Notes under the pieces: model-generated
What the model saw: only the letters and a program-made list of their open reading frames with translations
Databases searched by the model: none
Told to the model about the DNA's origin: nothing
Shown: piece after piece, positions 53,027 to 53,754 of the stretch
Position numbering within the stretch: position 1 is the stretch's first letter
How the letters are laid out: each line of letters opens with the position of its first letter
Translations under genes and position numbers: made by a program
NCBI GenBank assembly: GCA_947650845.1
Contig: CANSWW010000001.1
Location: forward strand, 1-53,754
Length of the DNA: 53,754 bases
Direction: 5' to 3'
DNA from: an uncultured Lachnospiraceae bacterium
Lineage (GTDB): Bacteria > Bacillota > Clostridia > Lachnospirales > Lachnospiraceae

Positions 53027-53541
53027 TGTTTGGGGGGAGGCTGGGGCTTTTGAAAAAAGCAGTCTATTCAGAAATCAGGGAAGCAATTTTTACCGGAAAA
53101 CAAAATATCCCATGGAACGAAGTGGAACTTTACTTAAAAAAATATATTGGCAGCTGCTATATTGTAGAAGAATACCAGGACTTGATTTGGATCGCAGGCG
53201 ATTTCCCGGACGAATATGCGGAGTCTGCTTATACAAAAAAATTGCGCGGAGCATTGGCAAAGGTAAAAGCAAATGCAGCGCAAATAATTGGTGAATTGAT
53301 GATTCATGCTACGAACAAGCGATGGCTTGAGAACAAAACCGAAAAGCACAGCCAGAATGCGTCAAAGGGGTGGTTCCGGTATGATACATATTTTTCAATG
53401 CGGGTGCAGGGAAGCGGAGAAACGGGTATCCGGATAAACAGATATCATGCAACCTTGATTGTTAGAAAAACGGAACAGAAGATGTTTTTGTACGACATGA
53501 TAAACATAAAAAAAGAAGCGAGTACGCCGCCTGGGCCATAG
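53026..53541 (+). CDS. Hypothetical protein, AT-richer than the flanks. It is possibly a stand-alone domain of the kind found in conjugative-element or phage polyvalent proteins.
   Basis: 171 aa. The tail ...NKRWLENKTEKHSQNASKGWFRYDTYFSMRV...YHATLIVRKTEQKMFLYDMINIKKEASTPPGP recalls modules I have seen inside large ICE-encoded proteins, but I cannot name the family. Confidence 0.5.
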   Translation: MFGGRLGLLKKAVYSEIREAIFTGKQNIPWNEVELYLKKYIGSCYIVEEYQDLIWIAGDFPDEYAESAYTKKLRGALAKVKANAAQIIGELMIHATNKRWLENKTEKHSQNASKGWFRYDTYFSMRVQGSGETGIRINRYHATLIVRKTEQKMFLYDMINIKKEASTPPGP

Positions 53542-53754
53542 TGGCCGTACGGTTAAAAACCGCTTCCTTTTCCTCATAATAACATGGGATAGCAGTTGCT
53601 GTCAAGAAATGTTTTTGCAAAAATTGTGATAAAAAGTTACCATTCACAGTCACCATCCGCGAGGCGTTTTTTGTGAGCGACGCGAAGCTAGTGTCTTGAC
53701 CTGATTATATTCCGATAAACCTCCTTGTCTAAATTCCCATCGGACTGCGCCCCT

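Overview
This window is a 53.7-kb chromosomal segment that looks like a high-G+C Clostridia-class Firmicute. The evidence is the SCIFF ranthipeptide pair, Gram-positive RBS and promoter architecture, and DUF3791/DUF3990 and DUF1015 genes. Most of it is housekeeping: an OYE-type flavin reductase, tgt-yajC, serC-serA-DUF1015, recJ-apt, ktrB-ktrA, a TrmH-family methyltransferase, an SH3/SleB cell-wall hydrolase, NfeD-SPFH, birA, dusB, an Amidase_2 amidase, pyrG and ftsH. Small accessory patches are interspersed:

- a visibly AT-richer DUF3791-DUF3990-DUF3791 cassette (3.3-4.2 kb);
- the SCIFF precursor, missing from the ORF track, plus its radical-SAM maturase;
- an ECF sigma / anti-sigma pair;
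- a membrane RyR-domain protein;
- a BceRS-BceAB-type module;
- a sucrose regulon (scrR-scrB-scrA) in which scrA is frameshifted;
- a stand-alone OLD-family ATPase/TOPRIM nuclease (candidate defence gene) next to a gene wreck;
- an XRE/AbrB regulator with an ABC exporter;
- a MarR/aldo-keto reductase pair;
- a gene-decay patch at the right end (in-frame PTS EIIB-EIIA deletion fusion, ATPase fragment, AT-richer orphan gene).

The non-coding observations I rate highest:

1. A ~47-nt two-hairpin element recurs in sense orientation just upstream of at least five unrelated genes, with one compensatory base-pair change.
2. A 112/113-nt structured tandem repeat forms the leader of an amidase-domain gene.
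3. An ~840-bp ORF-free interval (29.1-29.9 kb) has a near-consensus promoter and a strong terminator.
4. A weak c-di-AMP-riboswitch-like leader precedes ktrB.

All family assignments come from motif recognition by eye. No searches or computations were run. Many long ORFs in the track are antisense artefacts of high G+C content.
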